A stretch of 63,963 nucleotides of DNA, the filler included, from Lama guanicoe (taxonomy: Eukaryota), in assembly GCA_013239625.1 (NCBI GenBank). It is 80 parts of 79 records of this genome, joined end to end, with 100 filler letters (N's around TTAATTAATTAA, not from the genome) between each part and the next. Parts side by side here need not be neighbours in the genome. Positions count along the whole stretch, not along the records: positions 62,279 to 63,225 come from MU054667.1; positions 63,326 to 63,963 come from PNXV01009033.1; 78 more parts are not named here. One strand, given 5' to 3'. A model generated the notes under the pieces. The model worked only from the letters and a program-made list of their open reading frames with translations. It was not told where the DNA came from and did no database searches. Both the position numbers and the translations under genes were made by a program. Below are positions 62,616-63,963 of this stretch, piece after piece (positions within the stretch are counted from its first letter, which is position 1; each line of letters begins with the position of its first letter).

Positions 62616-63146
62616 GCGGAAACAAAGTTTCAGTGTAAGAACTGGTTAATACACTAAATGGAAGCTTTCTTTAGCTCACAGGAGGCAAGGCCTGCCTCAC
62701 TGATCGTATGGTTTCGTAAGGGCGTGAACCACCACGAGCTTAAAATATCAGACAAGGGGGCAGAGCACCCTACAGAGGGTAACTGAATCTGCCTCTCAGC
62801 CAGGTTGAAAGCAAAGATGATCCTGTGTCCCGACAGCTGCCAAACAGGACAAAGGGGCTTCTGTCACCAAGATGTGCTAACCAGAGATAAGCAATTCTCC
62901 TTCTGCCTGGTTGGCTTAACCTGCTGGTGATTTGGTTNNNNNNNNNNGAATAGAAATTACCAGCACCCACAGTCTAGGAGACTGCAGAATGTCGATTATG
63001 GAAAGAACCTTAGAAATGGTTCATTCCATCCTCATAGCTGAGAAAAATCATGGCCTCAGATGTTAGCTGACTTGTTCCAAGTTGCAAAGCTCTACTTAGG
63101 GGTCTGTTGAAGAGTATCCTAATAAAAATTGGACTAGAACTATCTA

Positions 63147-63225
63147 GTGTGTGTGTGTGTGTTTGTGTGTGTATGGGATATTAAATTATATATATTTTAT
63201 ATTAAATGTATATATAGATACACAC
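63147..63225. repeat. (TG)n/(TA)n microsatellite
   Basis: Directly visible. Confidence 0.85.
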
Positions 63226-63325
63226 NNNNNNNNNNNNNNNNNNNNNNNNNNNNNNNNNNNNNNNNNNNNTTAATTAATTAANNNNNNNNNNNNNNNNNNN
63301 NNNNNNNNNNNNNNNNNNNNNNNNN

Positions 63326-63963
63326 ATACTATACTCTCTATTGTATATTCTTTATTCTATATACTGTGTTCTACCTTCTATATTTTAAATTCTATATTCA
63401 TTAATCTGTATTTTATACCCTTAATTCTGTATTCTGCATTCCAAGTTCTAAATTCTGGGTTCTATATTTTGTTTTCCATATTTTAATTCAGTGTTCTACA
63501 TTCTATATTCTAAATTCTAAATTCAGTATTATGTATTTCATAATCTAAATTCTGTGTTCTGCATTCCATGTTCTAAACTCTCTATTCTATATTCTGTGTT
63601 CTACTTTATACATTCTTAATTATATATTCTTTATTCAGTATTCTATATTCTAAATTCTGTTTTCTGCATTCCATATTCTAAATTCTGGTTTCTACATTCT
63701 CTATTCTATATTCTATAGTGTGTATTTTTCATTCTAGATTTTACATAAAATATTTTGATTTCCATATACTATATTCTATATTCTGTGTTCTACATTCTAT
63801 ATTCTAAATTCTATATTCAGCATTCCGTATTCTATATTCTAAATTCTCTGTTCTGCATTCCATGTTCTAAATCCTATATTTAGTTTTCTGTATTCTATAT
63901 TATGAATTCTGTGCTGTGCATTCCATGTTCTAAATTCTATATTCAGTATTCTGTATTCTATAT
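63326..63963 (-). repeat. 7-bp AT-rich satellite
   Basis: TTC-anchored 7-mers. Confidence 0.95.

Noticed and set aside
438..63281. Regularly interspaced palindromic TTAATTAATTAA resembling a CRISPR array or homeodomain-site array
   Set aside because: Always embedded in N44 blocks: a synthetic contig linker. The DNA is mammalian and no cas genes are present.

Overview
This is not a contiguous locus. It is a pseudo-scaffold of about 80 short (0.4-1.5 kb) unplaced mammalian contigs joined by about 79 artificial 100-bp spacers (N44-TTAATTAATTAA-N44), so adjacency between pieces carries no biological meaning. The L1 3' ends, a tRNA-derived SINE and the satellites suggest a camelid (alpaca/llama/camel); this is recognition from memory and has not been searched. 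Content is mostly heterochromatic repeat: a 267-bp GC-rich satellite, a diverged ~266-bp sister family, a ~249-bp satellite, an ordered 7-bp GAAnnnn satellite and a 16-bp minisatellite. There are also many L1, L2, MIR and LTR fragments. Two protein-homologous pieces are recognisable: a frameshifted, intron-bearing HSFY exon-1 copy (27598-27881) and a defective betaretroviral pro-pol fragment (13489-14657). No intact gene, RNA gene or CRISPR array is supported, and no new biological system can be demonstrated from the sequence alone. The best leads are the HSFY copy, transcription-factor motif arrays inside satellites, the open reading frame in the 267-bp satellite and several unidentified multi-copy sequences.
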